A DNA stretch of 64,000 nt from Eledone cirrhosa (taxonomy: Eukaryota). The position numbers and the translations under genes were made by a program. The stretch covers positions 348,130,001 through 348,194,000 of the forward strand of contig OZ024741.1 of NCBI GenBank assembly GCA_964016885.1. The letters run 5' to 3'. This document shows positions 1 to 14,364 of this stretch, piece after piece; within the stretch, counting starts at the first letter, position 1, and each line of letters opens with the position of its first letter. Below the pieces are notes generated by a model. The model saw nothing but the letters and a program-made list of their open reading frames with translations. It did no database searches and had not been told where the DNA came from.

Positions 1-438
1 GGCAGATTTTCTGATGGCTTGGTCCTTAATTACGAATCCCTGAGAGTATATTATAACACCACATCGTTATGCATCGTGATCGTATATGGTAGAGGCATTG
101 TTACGGGTGAAAGTGATATAACTCACTACGAGAAGTCATTAACAGATGCCCGTAGAATGTTACTGCATTATTTTTGACCAATACCATATACGTGTAAAAG
201 ATATATAAAGATATGTTTTAACGGCTTGTAACTCTTTCATTCACTGATTCATTTGCTTATTCCAGCTTTGCTTAATCCTTACGCTAAATATTAACATTCT
301 CTAATGTTTAACCCTGATAACCCAAGCATCGAGCATACTACGCTTCGGCTTTTGGCATTTACTATTCTGTATCGCATCTCTTTGTATCTCTCCGGTCCAT
401 CCTCTCTTACGATAATTTAACCCTATTATATATACATA

Positions 439-525
<87 letters not shown>

Positions 526-1569
526 ATAATAATAAATTTGAAGTCTAAAGTCCATATATATATATGGACTGTTCCGGGAGTAGGTATGTCGTAGGTATGC
601 ATATATATGTATTAACATCCATGATATCTTGTGAAATTTATGAACATCATTAACATCATTAATTGATACCAAATCATTAGACAGAATGGTTCCAGCATTT
701 TCAATTAGGAAGAATAGATTAATACTGAGCTACATAGAAACATTTCAATCCAAATGGGTCTTGCTAATCAAACACTATCTATGACAAAATTAATAACACC
801 AATATATTTATGTATTATTATTCATATTTGAATATATAAATGAAACGAAACATGACATTTACACTTTTAAATCTCAAAAAGAATTGAATATAGATGAGAT
901 ATATCTATTTGCACTTGCTAAAGAACATATGGCGAATTCTTTACTATATTTCAATTCACTTTTTCGAAAGACAAGGTTATACATATCATGTTATATTTTT
1001 CTCTATTATAATGATGTACAGCGTTCTAATCACTAAGGAATCTTAAATATAATAAAGTAAGGAGTGTGGGACTGCGTACGGTTTATTTCATTTAATCCAG
1101 TTATTAAATTAAGTTGGATTACTTTGAATAAATAAGGAATGAATATTACATAATTTACGTACCAAATTTCGTATATTTTTTTTTATTATTATTTTTATTA
1201 TTAAATTTAACATAAATAAATGTATTGCTTAATTAAAATCGAATTCTTTTCAAAGTTTCAAATGTATACACTTCCGGTATAACGTCTCCACCACGACTTC
1301 AACTACCATATATATAGAAAGAGAGAGTGTGTGATGAGAGAGATACAGAGAGATAGAGTGATTATGATTTTCAACACGCTGACGCGTATCTCTGTCTATG
1401 TGCACATACATGCATCTATATGTATGAGTATATAACTATAATCGCACAAACACAAACTTATAAAAATACACGCTCACGGACATATATTCACACAAATACA
1501 CATGCTTTCACACATATACATTTACACAAACACACATTCACATATGTAAATTTAGGCAAACGCACACAT

Positions 1570-2350
1570 ACAGTCACGATAGCAGCGTTCGGTGAATTGG
1601 AAATAGGTTGGGCGGTAAAACAAGTATAACGTTTTATTTATTTATTAACAACACAATTTAACTCTCTTTTTTAAAGACTCACTTGTATAAAAAATGTATA
1701 TAATTGTTACAGAACGAAAACACAAACAAAAATAATATATAAAAAAGAAAGGGATAGGAAAAAAGAAAGAGAAAAAATAAACAAGAACGTAATACATACA
1801 TACTAGACCACATAGAACAAAATGCTGGTGAAACAGTGGGAAAAAGAGACGCTACCAGAGCAAAAGATAGCAATATAGCGAGGAGCACTGGGAAACCTCT
1901 TTAATAATTTTGGATCAAGCCAGCACGCTCGTAGCCTTACCTGGGGTGATGGCGAGGCTGAGGTGCTGGAACAACCAAGTGCCCTCACGAGTATCACCAG
2001 GTACCTCTGTTTGGTGAGCCGCCAGTGAAGATCTCACTGTCAGTAGCCCGATTCCCCCAAATGTCTCGAACGCCACAGGCTGGATAATGTTGTTAGGTGA
2101 CAGAAAAAGGTATTCAACGATTTTGTTCCGGTTAGCTGCGGATGTTGTAGCTCTCGCCCTTATTGCTGCATCCAGGATGTGGGAAGAAGCAAAGAGTCAC
2201 TAACTGTGACGTCCCAGGTAAGGCGCCTGTCTCTTGACCATGAGCACAGAGTAAGACCGTCAAGTATTTTCCCATCAATTCTGGACAACCCAGACGGTTC
2301 CAAATTTGAGGGGATGTTTGCTCGGGCCGAAGTTCTTAAGTGGTAATAGG
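1570..2350 (-). mobile_element. Decayed CRE-like non-LTR retrotransposon 3' fragment (restriction-like endonuclease region)
   Basis: Minus-strand translation near 2200-2340 reads ANIPSNLEPSGLSRIDGKILDGLTLCSWSRDRRLTWDVTVSD, matching the EPxGL.R.DG.RPDG...W...L.WDVT motif of CRE-type RLE elements; frameshifted. Confidence 0.6.
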
Positions 2351-2524
2351 AGAGTGTGTGTATGCGCGCGCGTGATTTTGTCGGCGTTCTTAAATTAGAG
2401 ACATGTGTGTGTGTGTGTGTGTCACTGTTTTAAGGTTAGTGACATATATGTGCGTATCCCTTTCCTTCCTTTTACACACACATACATTCACACAAACACA
2501 CATACATGTTGTGTGATGGACGGT

Positions 2525-3190
2525 TGGACAGAAGTCCCTCAAATTTATATACATGTGAATGGAATTCTACTGAAGCGGTTAGAAAAGTTCAAGTATCTTG
2601 GAGCCGTGTTCATGAGTGGTGGAATGCAGGAGGCTGAATTAAGTGCAAGAATTGCAAAAACTGATGCAGTAATGCGCCAGTCTCAACATTCAGCAATCAG
2701 AAGGGCGTAGGTGTAAAAGCCAAACTTGCTGTCTTTCTGGAATTCCTGCCAACCCTTACCGAGGGTCATGAATCTTGAGTAATGACCAAACGAATACAAT
2801 TGCAAATAAAAGCGGCAGAAATGGGATTCCTCCAAAGAGTCTTTGGAGTAACGTTACTCGATAAAGTGCATAACTCAGAGACCAGATACTCCCTCCTGGT
2901 ATAGCCGCTGCTTCTCCGAATTGAGAGATCACAACTCCGATATTATGAACATGTGGTTAGAATGTCTCAGTAAAGAATCACTGGACACATTTTACAGGCA
3001 AAACCAACCGGCAAGAGACCCAGAGGTAGAACCTGGGCAAGATAGTTGGATAACATCCATGAGCTTGGTTGGTCACGCTTTGGGATCCAGCTGCATTAGT
3101 TAGAGACCTTTGCTTCTGACAAACTCGCTGGAGGGAGTGCTTGAGAAGAACACGACTGTCTCAGAAATAAGTGGGGGTAGAAGAAGAATA
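2525..3190 (+). mobile_element. RTE-clade LINE, 5'-truncated RT C-terminus
   Basis: VNGILLKRLEKFKYLG...ELSARIAK, AAEMGFLQRVFGVTLLDKV and KPTGKRPRGR in decayed frames; ends in an (AGA)n-like tail. Confidence 0.85.
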
Positions 3191-3339
3191 TATTGTCAAT
3201 TTACTTTTCATTTTACATATATATATTTGCGTATAATACCAATATGCACACTACATATGCTAACAGAAAAACGCTCGCGGGCGGTTTTTCTGCCATTAAT
3301 GATAATAAAGGTTTCCGATTTAGGCAAAAGGCCAACGAT

Positions 3340-3735
3340 TTTGAGAGAGAGGAAAGTCGATTAAATCGACTCCTGTGTGTTACTGGTACTTTATTGTATC
3401 GACCACGTAAGGATGAAAGGTAAAGTTAACCTCGGTGGAATTTGAACTGAGAAGAACCTAAATGGATGTAACTATATGTAGCAATCCATGTTCTCCGACA
3501 CTGCACTGGAAGAATAATTAAAATAATAATTGTTTCAACCTTAGGCATAAGGCCAGCAATTTCTAGGGGATGGGAAAGGCGATTTAATCGACCCAAGTGC
3601 GTGACATACTTTATCTTATCGACCCCGTAAGGATGAAAGGTAAAGCTAATCTCGACAGGATTTGAATTGAGAACGTAAACTACCATAACACTGTGCCACA
3701 AAGCATAGTGTCTGAAGTTCTAATGATACTGCCAA
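3340..3735 (-). mobile_element. Two adjacent tRNA-derived SINE copies (family A)
   Basis: Reverse complement of the recurrent core GAGTTCAAAT..CCGAGGTTAACTTT.CCTTTCATCCTTACG.GGTCGATA, shared with about 10 other copies in the window. Confidence 0.8.
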
Positions 3736-3884
3736 AAATAATAAAAATTGCTTTATGGGGTTCAACAGCCGTCATGTAGGGGACAATATAATAGACAAGG
3801 ACAGTGAGTTTACATTAAAATGGAGTATAAACAAATCAAGAAATAAACATAAACAAACGAATTACAATAATGAATAATAAATAA

Positions 3885-5460
3885 TGAATAGCGAGAGTAC
3901 CACCCTTGGACGTCTCAGGAAATCCACCATTCCTGAACCACTTGATTCTCCAAGATCATCCGAAGAGGGCGCACTACTCTCCTTTCAAAAAGCCAGTCCG
4001 CAAGCTCATAATAAGCGTAGGTTCATTTACATGGGCCATTCTCACAATATTCACCCTCGTTTTAATAAATATACTGGGAGCAGCACTTACTTCCTCACCC
4101 TCACCATCTTTTGCAAATGGAACTTGAAAACGTTGATGAAAGAATGGCCGTAGAGAAAAGTGTATTTCTTCAGTCCTTCCAGTCACGTATACCACACAAT
4201 TTATTTTGCTATCGCCACCAAGCAGAGGAAACAGCCTGCACTTCCCGATCAAAAGAAGACGGTGGAGCGATTTTCATGATAACTCGGTCGATAGCCGTAT
4301 CAGTCCTACACGTGATAACACCTGTTCGCATGTATGTAATGCACGGAAACTTGATGAGTGCGTACAGAATTCTTTAGTCTCTAAGCGCGCATCTCACAAA
4401 GGTCCATCTGCTCGCACTTCCGTGCCTGTAGAGTTTAACTCACTGTGGCAGTGCCTCCAGGTAGCACTGACATGCGATTCATTTCTGGGATTTATCCATA
4501 GTTCCCGGATCGAAAAGCTTCCGAAAAGGACTGCTCAGTCCGATTGTGTCGATGACGAGAGCCTCTCTGTGAGCATCATCACACTTGCCCACTTCTAATC
4601 TTCTATTAGAGGAATTTCTAGACGGAAATTTCCACTGGCCTCATTGCCCAGCTTTTAGAGGGCAGTCAGGACCTGGTAATACTCCAGATATCAGAAACGA
4701 GTTGCGGAAAGGGCTGTCTCACGAACTGTGCCACAACTAGTCCCCATTTAAGAATATCTGAAGAGCCCATAATCCACAGCGCATATTGGGCATCATCAGC
4801 TAAAGCATGCTGATCCCTCCACGTAGCGAGTGCTTGTACTAGGTTTAGTGCCTCACCAAAGAACCTTGTCTATTCCGCGAGAATTTGAAAAGTAAGCGTT
4901 CTAATTTCATGAGGGACAAGTCACAGCGGTTAGGCGATAATAGTGGATAGAATCGATGTACTCGTTCATCACCTCCACCTGGCCTTTTAGGTATAGCTTC
5001 TTCGCAGACCATTTGTTGGTGGAGTGGCTACCCGTCTCTTTAGCTCCTCCCATTTCTTATCCAACTGGCGGTCTGGTCTGTACCAGAATCCGAACAATTT
5101 CAGCAGTCAGTCCATCAAGCATCCGTCGACATTGCTGAACGACATGGATTTGCCCTTCCAGTTGCCGAGCTTTATACCTGCCTTCTTTTCCGGGTTCAGT
5201 CGTGATCTGGTCAACATTGCATATACCTCTAAGTAGGCCCAAACCGCCTCGATCTGTCTGGTGTCCGACAATGTGTTAAATATCTGTAAGCATTAATGTT
5301 TGACCCTATCGACAGCTTTCGATTGATCTGAATTTATCATAGCCACTTCAAAGTCAGGTTTACTCCCGACCCTCTCTATATTGTATCGCATTAGGTTATC
5401 TTGTATGCACCTCGTCAGGAGTGCACACGTGTGCGCCTCTCCTACCAAAACATTGACGAG
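3885..5460 (-). mobile_element. Decayed Tx1/L1-group LINE fragment (RT and 3' region)
   Basis: Minus strand near 5300-5430 reads CIQDNLMRYNIE...AMINSDQSKAVDRV (RT motif LDQxKAFDRV); downstream frames are broken by stops; GC content is higher than in the flanks. Confidence 0.6.
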
Positions 5461-5554
5461 AAGCGGCAAACTTGTCGCTTACAATAGAAATAGCAGGGAC
5501 ATGTGTGATTTACACAAATCGTGTAAAAACAGATAATAGTTAACAACAAATTAA

Positions 5555-5690
5555 TAATTGTTTCTACGTTAGGCACAAGGCCACCAATTACCCAGTGTAT
5601 TACTGGTACTTTATTTTATCGACCCTGTAAGGATGAAAGGCAAAGTTAACCTCGGCGGGATTTGAACTCAGACCATAAAGGGCTGTAACA
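5555..5690 (-). mobile_element. SINE family A copy
   Basis: Same core and 3' end (GGCCTTGTGCCTAA..TAGAAACAATT) as the copies at 58825 and 61422. Confidence 0.85.
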
Positions 5691-6335
5691 ACAAATTAAT
5701 AATGATAAGTTCCTCCAAGTTAAAAGATGTTTTTGTTTCTCGGACATACCATATGTACCACCAATCATGACATGCTTCCGGGCTAGATAACGAAGAGAGT
5801 GTTGATGACGCTACAAAATCGTTTTAATATAAAAGGCCTTAACACAATATTTATGTTTTCTTAGCGAAGATTGCATTTATTTACAAGGTGTTTTTCACAG
5901 AATTTCCCGTCTTTCAACCATTGAGGCAGCCGGTAGCGACCGAAAATATAACTACAAAATAAGCATACCATAGAACGGATTCAATGTAAAATTACGTTAA
6001 CCCTCCACTGAATAAAAAACACAGTAGGCGCTGCCGCGCCATAAAAACCATATCTCTGTTATTCCACCCACATAGTTCTAAGCACATGTTTCCTATTAAA
6101 CATATTCTCATACGCAATATTTTTGGCACCACTACTCCTTCTATATTACTTCCGAATTCCTCATTTGCTTTCTCTATCCTCAACTCTGAAAACATTTATT
6201 TTTGCAAACGAGAAGGAAAATTTTCCAACTGTTGGGCTTCTTCATTTCTCACAACAAATTGATTCAAATAGATTTTATCAACAAACACGCGCTCGCATAT
6301 AGGTATATATGTATATTCGTGTATGTATATTCATG

Positions 6336-6366
<31 letters not shown>

Positions 6367-6759
6367 ATATATATATATATAAAGTACAGAACAATCAAAT
6401 TTATGTTTAATACATGTTATTGCTGACAATCTTCCAAACAGCCGTTAGGAATCATCGGAGCATTGGCAAAGTTAAACACATAATCAAATTCCTATTCTAC
6501 AGAACAATCATATAGATACGTTGATATTATTGTTGCTGTTCCTAACGGTTTAAATCCAAAGAAGTGATTGGAGATCTTCCCTAAAGGGAGCTAATTGGAA
6601 TGGGGAGGTAATTGAAGATTTATTTATGTATAACAGAAAAATATATAATCTCGCGTTAGGTGTTTATATATTTTATCAATTAAATTCTATGTGTTAATAT
6701 ACATTATATTATATTATAAGTGAATCCTTATATGGTGCTATTTATTTTTATATTTATTT

Positions 6760-7355
6760 TATATATAATCTGTTTTTTATATAATATTTAATATTTAAAG
6801 GTCCCAATTGTCTACTACTTACTTATGTATTAATTAAATGAGTAAAATAATAGTAAGGACTATATTATAGTTAAATTAAGTGGTGGTAAATGTATGTTTA
6901 TTCTCTATAGTTATTATTGAGTATAGGATCTGAGATAAATAGGAGATACATGAAGGAGTAAGTTGATACAAAAATGTGATGATGTGGGGATATTTTATTA
7001 ATGCCTTGTTTTAATAGAATAGGGGAAATAGAGGTGTAGTACGAATTAATATCAAATTGGATACATTTTATATTTTTATTCTCAATAATTGTTTCCACAT
7101 TTGGTACAAGGCCATCAATTACCCAGTACATTACTGCTACTTTATTTTATCGACCCCGTAAGGATGAAAGGCAAAGTTAACCTCGGCGGGATTTGAACTC
7201 AGACCGTGTAAAGGGACGTGACTATGCTGAAAAGTATGGCGTCCGACTCTCTACCGATACTGCCATAATATTATTGAAATATTCAATAATTTCCCCCGTA
7301 TTTCCCCCATAGGTTAAGATAGATTTTTTGCCTAAATTATAGGATGATTCTGTCT
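6760..7355 (-). mobile_element. Naiad-type PLE RT relic interrupted by a family A SINE (7086-7268)
   Basis: ORF 6898-7131 contains IENKNIKCIQFDINSYYTSIS (Naiad RT motif A, FIQFDI..FYPSI); the SINE core is inserted upstream of it. Confidence 0.65.
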
Positions 7356-7368
7356 AATATATAGACAC

Positions 7369-7457
<89 letters not shown>

Positions 7458-7771
7458 TATGTATATATGTATGTGTGTGTATGTATGTACGTGTGCACAT
7501 ATATATATATATATATGAATATATATATATGTATGTATGCACCTATATGCATACCTACCTAATACTTACATTCCATGTGTTATGTTTTCCCTTATTCTTA
7601 CAATCTGCTGCACTTTTGAATTCTATTTTAAATTATTAATTTCTTGCAGTAAATGGACAATATAGAAATAGAAATCCGGAAATAGATATTTGAAGAAAAT
7701 CTCTCTCTCTCACTCTCTCTCTCTCTCTCTCTCTCTCGTTTCCCCTCCCCCTCTCTCTCTCGCTCTCCCCC

Positions 7772-7829
<58 letters not shown>

Positions 7830-8071
7830 ATAGCAATTTAATATGGTAACCTCATGATTTTTGTATATATTAATTTTCGGATTAGCTGACATTTTATAGA
7901 CGTTCACTGTACCTATATATAATCGTTCGTTTTACATGTAACTATTTCAGAGAGGGTATGAAAATATCTTTTCGTTATAATTTGCCACCAGGCACCAGCT
8001 TACGATTTAAACATCAAAGCCAAAGTTTACACCACATTATTGAGTTCTTTGTCGCAATCGCTTTGATCCCT

Positions 8072-8135
<64 letters not shown>

Positions 8136-8171
8136 CAATTACACACACACGCACACACGCACACGCACACG

Positions 8172-8267
<96 letters not shown>

Positions 8268-8703
8268 TATCTCCATGATCATATCTCTGATATGGAACTT
8301 TAGATATACTAAATGCTATAAATTGTACAAATATAAAATCTTTACGATGACATTTAAGAATATGTATGTCCTACCCCCATTCATATGTATCCGTATACAA
8401 TAGGTGCATATAGATGAATCGAAAGTATACTGATAAGTACGTTCAATATTTCAATGTTAGTCTTGTCACAATTTTCGCCTTCTTTCTTCCACAATGGCAC
8501 TTAAATGCCATTAAACGACTCTTACATATGTATATAGAAAGCATAATATGGTTGTGTTCAGTGATATGTGAAGAAAAACCACTTCAAATATTTTTTTTTT
8601 GTTTGTTACATCTTTGTTTCATCGCATATTTTTTTTGTCAGGAAAGTTAATGTATGTAGAGAATTCCTTCTTTTCTTCTTTAGCTGAACACACAAACATA
8701 GAC

Positions 8704-8749
<46 letters not shown>

Positions 8750-8852
8750 TCACACACACACGCACACACCCATGCACATACACACACACACACACACGCA
8801 CACACACACACACACATGTATATATATATATGCATATGCATGTATATGTGTA

Positions 8853-8889
<37 letters not shown>

Positions 8890-8891
<2 letters not shown>

Positions 8892-9300
8892 AAATAAAAT
8901 GAAAACGAAATTTCATTTCTCACTCTTAGTACGGCACTTACTTAAATGTAAGTATGTGTGTATACGTACATACATATTTCAACTTATCGTTTTCGGTATG
9001 CCTGACCGACTTGACTCACTCGATATGCAAATTAGGCTGCTCAGCCGTTAATTTTCATAAGGAAAGTATATACTTTCGAACGTTCAACTATCTGGCAGAA
9101 GGGTATACGGTGCTGATAATAGCTAACAAGCTTGAAACTAGTACATGGTTCCTGTGTCAGTGTTGAACAAAAAGGTGACGTGGTTGCCTTAACACCGTAC
9201 GGCATAAAAATCCAGGCTGTTCAGTTTGTTTACAAACGAACAAAGCGGCGTTATAATAAGCGTCCGCTAAACTGATACGTGCATATATGTATGTGTACCA
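8890..9300 (+). mobile_element. Non-coding HHR-bearing repeat (same family as 55975-56660) with a short 5' inversion
   Basis: Aligns with 56160-56500. HHR-like motif at 9110-9146: GTG CTGATAA T AGCT AACA AGCT T GAAA CTAG TA CAT. Confidence 0.65.
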
Positions 9301-9307
9301 GTATGTA

Positions 9308-9365
<58 letters not shown>

Positions 9366-10300
9366 CATGCTACTGTACGTCTGTATACATATATGTATGT
9401 ACGTATACACACATACTTACATATATATATATGAATGTGTGTGTGTATGGAGAGAGGGATATAGTGAGAGAAGAGAGATAACAAGCTACAGGGACCGAAA
9501 GAAAGGGGGATAGATAGAGAGCAGATTAAATACCTATGAATACACACTATAAATTTGAAAATTCTACACTTTTCAAATTAAATTGCTTTCACTTAATAAC
9601 ATGACAGCAACTCGCACATCGAAAGACATTATTCCACAATTACTCAAATGAATATTCTATACATATCCTTCTATAAATAGATGAGGTGATGTTCCTGATT
9701 AGAGTGGAAAAAATCTTGCCTAGCTTTTATTCATAATTGATATTACATAATTAAACACGTTTGTTCTGTATTCAGTATAAAATAAATGCCACACACGGAT
9801 AGAATTTAATAATACAAAAAATGTGATATTTTATGAAAATAAATAAAAATGCGTGATACAGGAATTATATTACATAATCATATTCTTTTTGCCATGCTAT
9901 TGCGTTTAAAAGTGTAACATTTAATACTCCTGATTACAGATTGCTGCACTTAACAACCAGAATATTTCATTAAATAACAACGAATACACGTGTTTACCTT
10001 TGGATGTCACTACAATATAGTACCTCGCTGAAATGATAGTAGGTTTGTATATATAGGTATGTATATATATGATGGTGGTCGACTCTATACGAACGTGTCC
10101 CCTCCCCATTTTTTGCCTTATTTTACCCCGGATTTTTCTTCTTATCCCCTTTTACTTTCTATCTATCTTCTATTTCTAACTCTATATTCTGATGAAGAGC
10201 CAATGTCGGAAGCGTTATGTCGTGCTATGTCATGCGTTAAACTAACATATTTCTTCCATGCACTGTGCCATTTATTTTGTAATTTCTAATTACATTTTAC

Positions 10301-10336
<36 letters not shown>

Positions 10337-10342
<6 letters not shown>

Positions 10343-10540
10343 GTGGAACACTGGAAGGTAATATCCGTAGTGGTAGAGCACTCAGTCCAAGGGACAAGTT
10401 AGGTAGAAGTGGTTACACAACAGTTAGTTCACCATACCGAGAACAATTGTTTCACATTCGCGGATCTTCAGCTGAAGATCCGCGAAAGTGAAACAATTGC
10501 TCTCGGTATGGAGAACTAACTGTTGTGTAACCACTTCTAT
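10337..10540. mobile_element. Short PLE-end fold-back centred on an HHR core
   Basis: Palindrome ~10405-10540 centred at CTTCAG|CTGAAG (10470); each arm reads CTGAAGA..GAAA CAATTG; flanked by (TA)n; the tail recurs at 35168-35275. Confidence 0.7.
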
Positions 10541-10545
10541 ATATG

Positions 10546-10667
<122 letters not shown>

Positions 10668-10765
10668 TATTGAAATTTCAGTTGGAAACAGAAAAGGTCA
10701 TAGAAATGAGAGTGCTCTATGTAAGTATCAGAGCAAAATTTAATGTATAAAATCAATACAATATA

Positions 10766-10843
10766 ATTACCTCATTACCAGAGGTTTCCCGAATGAGGCG
10801 AATACGAAATAAACGACTTCATTCGTTCGTCAGACGAGGCAAT
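10766..10843 (-). ncRNA. Type I hammerhead ribozyme (mirror of 16811-16888)
   Basis: Reverse complement of the + strand motif at 16811-16888. Confidence 0.75.
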
Positions 10844-11632
10844 ATAAAACATGGGCAAATACTTAGAAAAACACATCAAGAAAATCAAAAAAATATATAG
10901 ATAAATGAAATAGAAATTGAAATATATAAAAATCTATCAAGAAAAATAGTTAGGTGTGTGTATGTGTATGTATATACGCTCACAGATGTGCATATATGTA
11001 TATGTGCACATGTAAAAGTATAGTTAGAAAGTGTGCGTAATTATAAAAATGTAGGGCAAATGTATCTATATGTCTGTATTATACAGACAGAAATGGTTAC
11101 ATCGTAAATATAAGAATATAAAGTCGTGCGCATAAAAACGCCTGGACACTCGTACACTTAGATGCGGAAAGAAAGGAGGTAAAGAGGGTATAATAATTAA
11201 AAGAGAAGTATCTGTCTCGATATATTTATAAAAATATAGTAACGATAAATTAGAAAGACAAGATAGAAAGAAAAAATTAAAGAAAACAAAAAGGGGGGGG
11301 GGTACATACATACCCATACACGCGTGTCTCACAAAAGAAATGTAAAAATAATTATCCTTATATACACACGCGCACTTACACTTCCATACGTTCGATACGT
11401 ACATACACACACACACACACGCATACTTATACTCGCGCATATAAACCTGTTTGCATGCCCACGTATGAAACTGAGTAAGTAACAAAAGAGGGAAGGGGAG
11501 GGGGAGAAGAAAAAAGGAACAAAAACATAAAACCGAAATGTCAAAAACACGGATATAGAGACACTTACACATACGCATAATATATACATACACACACACA
11601 CAAACACCTGTACACACACACATACATACACG

Positions 11633-11702
<70 letters not shown>

Positions 11703-11706
<4 letters not shown>

Positions 11707-12639
11707 TTTAAATAAATGGAAACTATATTTATAAAACCATATTTATTTCGTTATATATATTTCAGGGATATCATATTAACAATATGTTATGCCGTCTTCA
11801 GACAAAATACAATATAAACAGTCTTATAAATAAATAGATACGACATACCTTTCAATCACCTTGCATTTGGGAGGTTGATTTGGTAGTAAAGAATATTGTG
11901 GACAGTTGTAAAAAGAAAGAGATAAAGAGAGAAAGAAAGAGAAACGAAGAAAAAGAAGAAATGCATGTGACTAAATAGAGGGATATAGAAAGATAGATAA
12001 AGAGAAGAACTTCATGTAAAGAAACAGAGAGAAATATATATAGAGAGAGGAAAGAAGAAAAAAGAAAGAGATAGATAGAGATAGATAGAGAAATTAGGAA
12101 GTTGAGTATCGGTTGATACATTTATTTATTTATTTATTTAGCTCTAGTATAAATGTAAAGAGAGATGTATGTAGTTAAGAGAGAAAATAGCCGTTATATA
12201 GAGAGAAAAAAGAGAAAATGAAACACAACCAGACATACACGATGCAGAATTTAAAACCGCTATGTTTTATCCGTAGAAAATATTAGTTCGTATAAAACAG
12301 GCATTATAATGTAAGTACCAGTATTCATGAATGAGACATGTATCTATAATGTGTGAAAAGTAATGATCTTATGTCTAGTTTTTAAAAATTCATATGTTTA
12401 TATCATAATTATAAACAAACTCCCAATTCACACGAAAACATTCTCATTGTGCTATAAAAATTCAAGTATATATTGTTAATATGATATCCCTGAAATATAT
12501 ATAACGAAATAAATATGGTTTTATAAATATAGTTTCCATTTATTTAATATCATAAATATACTCCAAATACTTGTTGAGTGCTTTTATATCAGTTATAAAT
12601 ATTTAATCGTTGTTAACCCAACAATTTAAATATAACGTT

Positions 12640-12642
<3 letters not shown>
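11703..12642. mobile_element. Nested PLE-derived fold-back inserted in the (TA)n tract of the left Naiad arm
   Basis: Absent from the right arm (~15960-16010). Minus-strand HHR at 11744-11809 (TATTTTGT CTGAAGA..GAAA TATATA TA ACGAAATA); inverted 3' half plus tail at 12469-12642; same family as 52040-52530. Confidence 0.8.
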
Positions 12643-12692
<50 letters not shown>

Positions 12693-14364
12693 CATACACG
12701 CACGCGCGCGCACATACATAGTCACTCATATACATATATAAAAAGTATACACACATTAAGGCGTTCAGCCATATTGAAACGTGGATAAATAAATACAAAT
12801 ATAAAATTATAGGATAGGCTGCGCAAAAATAAAATTAAAATAAAAATGAAAAATATATCTGGATTGAAAAACACAAAAGACAAGTATAATCAGTTAGTGG
12901 AGGAAAAAGGGAAGTAAAAGAAGGGGAAGTGAAAAATAGAAAATAGGAAGTGGATCGGAGAATAAGGGGGGGGGGGGTGAAGTAAAAATAAATAAAAGTG
13001 AAAATAAATGAAATTATTGACAAGGATAAGAATGAAAGTAAGTCAGAAAGGGTAATTAAAAAGAGAATAATAAGAGTTTATGGAGGATAAGTATCTGAAA
13101 GTGTGTTAAGTTTATATGAGCTGGAAAGCAGGTGTGATTTCATGTGTGGGCAACTGGTAAAAATTTCCGTCTTTGTGTTCAGGCAGGTCTTTGGTGATTT
13201 AAGATTTTGCAATATCCAAAATTTTTCATTTATGCAGAGCGTGCATTTTCTGGTTCCTCTAGCATATTTTTTAGATTGGTTCAAAATTGACCAATCTAGT
13301 TTATATTGGATGCCTTGGTCTTTCAAATCCCAGATTCTGCTAGCCAGAGCTGTTGTAAATCTTTTTTCTGGATGTCGAAAGGATGCGACATGTGAGTAAT
13401 AACGCGTTTTGAATCTGTCTTGCGTCATACCCACATATCGTTCACTGGTGACTGGATGGTTGTTGCTGATGGTTGTCCCATTAGCCGCATATACAATGGC
13501 TTTGGTGTTGCATTTACCTTGTAATGGGCATTCACTTTTGATTCTACAGGAGCAAGTTTGATTTTCTCTAGGTGATGTTTTGTTGAGGATATAGGACTTA
13601 ATAGGGGGACCGCAAGAATAGCTAATTTTAACACAGTTTCTGTTAAAGATCTTATAGTATCTATGTGTTCTAGGGAAATGTTTATCTAGGAGTTCTAGGA
13701 ATGTTTTGCCTACATTAGTTTTAACTGCTAGAGAGTAGGGGGTGTGAACCAGATTATTTTTATTTTCCTATTTTTATGTTTAATAGAGTTAGTGTAGTTA
13801 GGTATGTATTTAATCGGTTCGCTAAAGCCGCTATTTTGGAGGGCTTTATTATAGTAGGGGGATGCCTTATTGAAAATAGCTTCTGATGAAGGGAGGGTGG
13901 AGATCCTACGGCTAATATTAGGGATAAGGTTTTTAAAAACTATAGGTGGATGGCAAGATCCTTTATTTATATGTTTTAAGTTTTCATTAGGTTTATGGTA
14001 TGGTTTATAAGAAACAGTAGGCAAATCTAAGTTTATATCTAGGAAATCTACGTTGGAAAGGTTAGTATCAATAGTAATTTTAAGATTAAAACTAGCAAAG
14101 GTTTTTATTAAGTCTTTCCTTAATCTATCTAAGTTATGGCCTATGGTAGTATGGGAAAGTATTAGACCATCATCGCGATAAAGCCCAAAAATATGGTTAG
14201 GAAATTTTTCTTTAAGTGTATGTAAGAGGAATAGGCCGACCAGATCACAAACCTCGGCACAGTCATAAGAGCCCATTGAGACATCGAATGGGTTCTCTGG
14301 GTTAGATATTTTTAATGACACTTGGGTAAAAATATCTAACCCAGAGAACCCATTCGGTGTCTCA

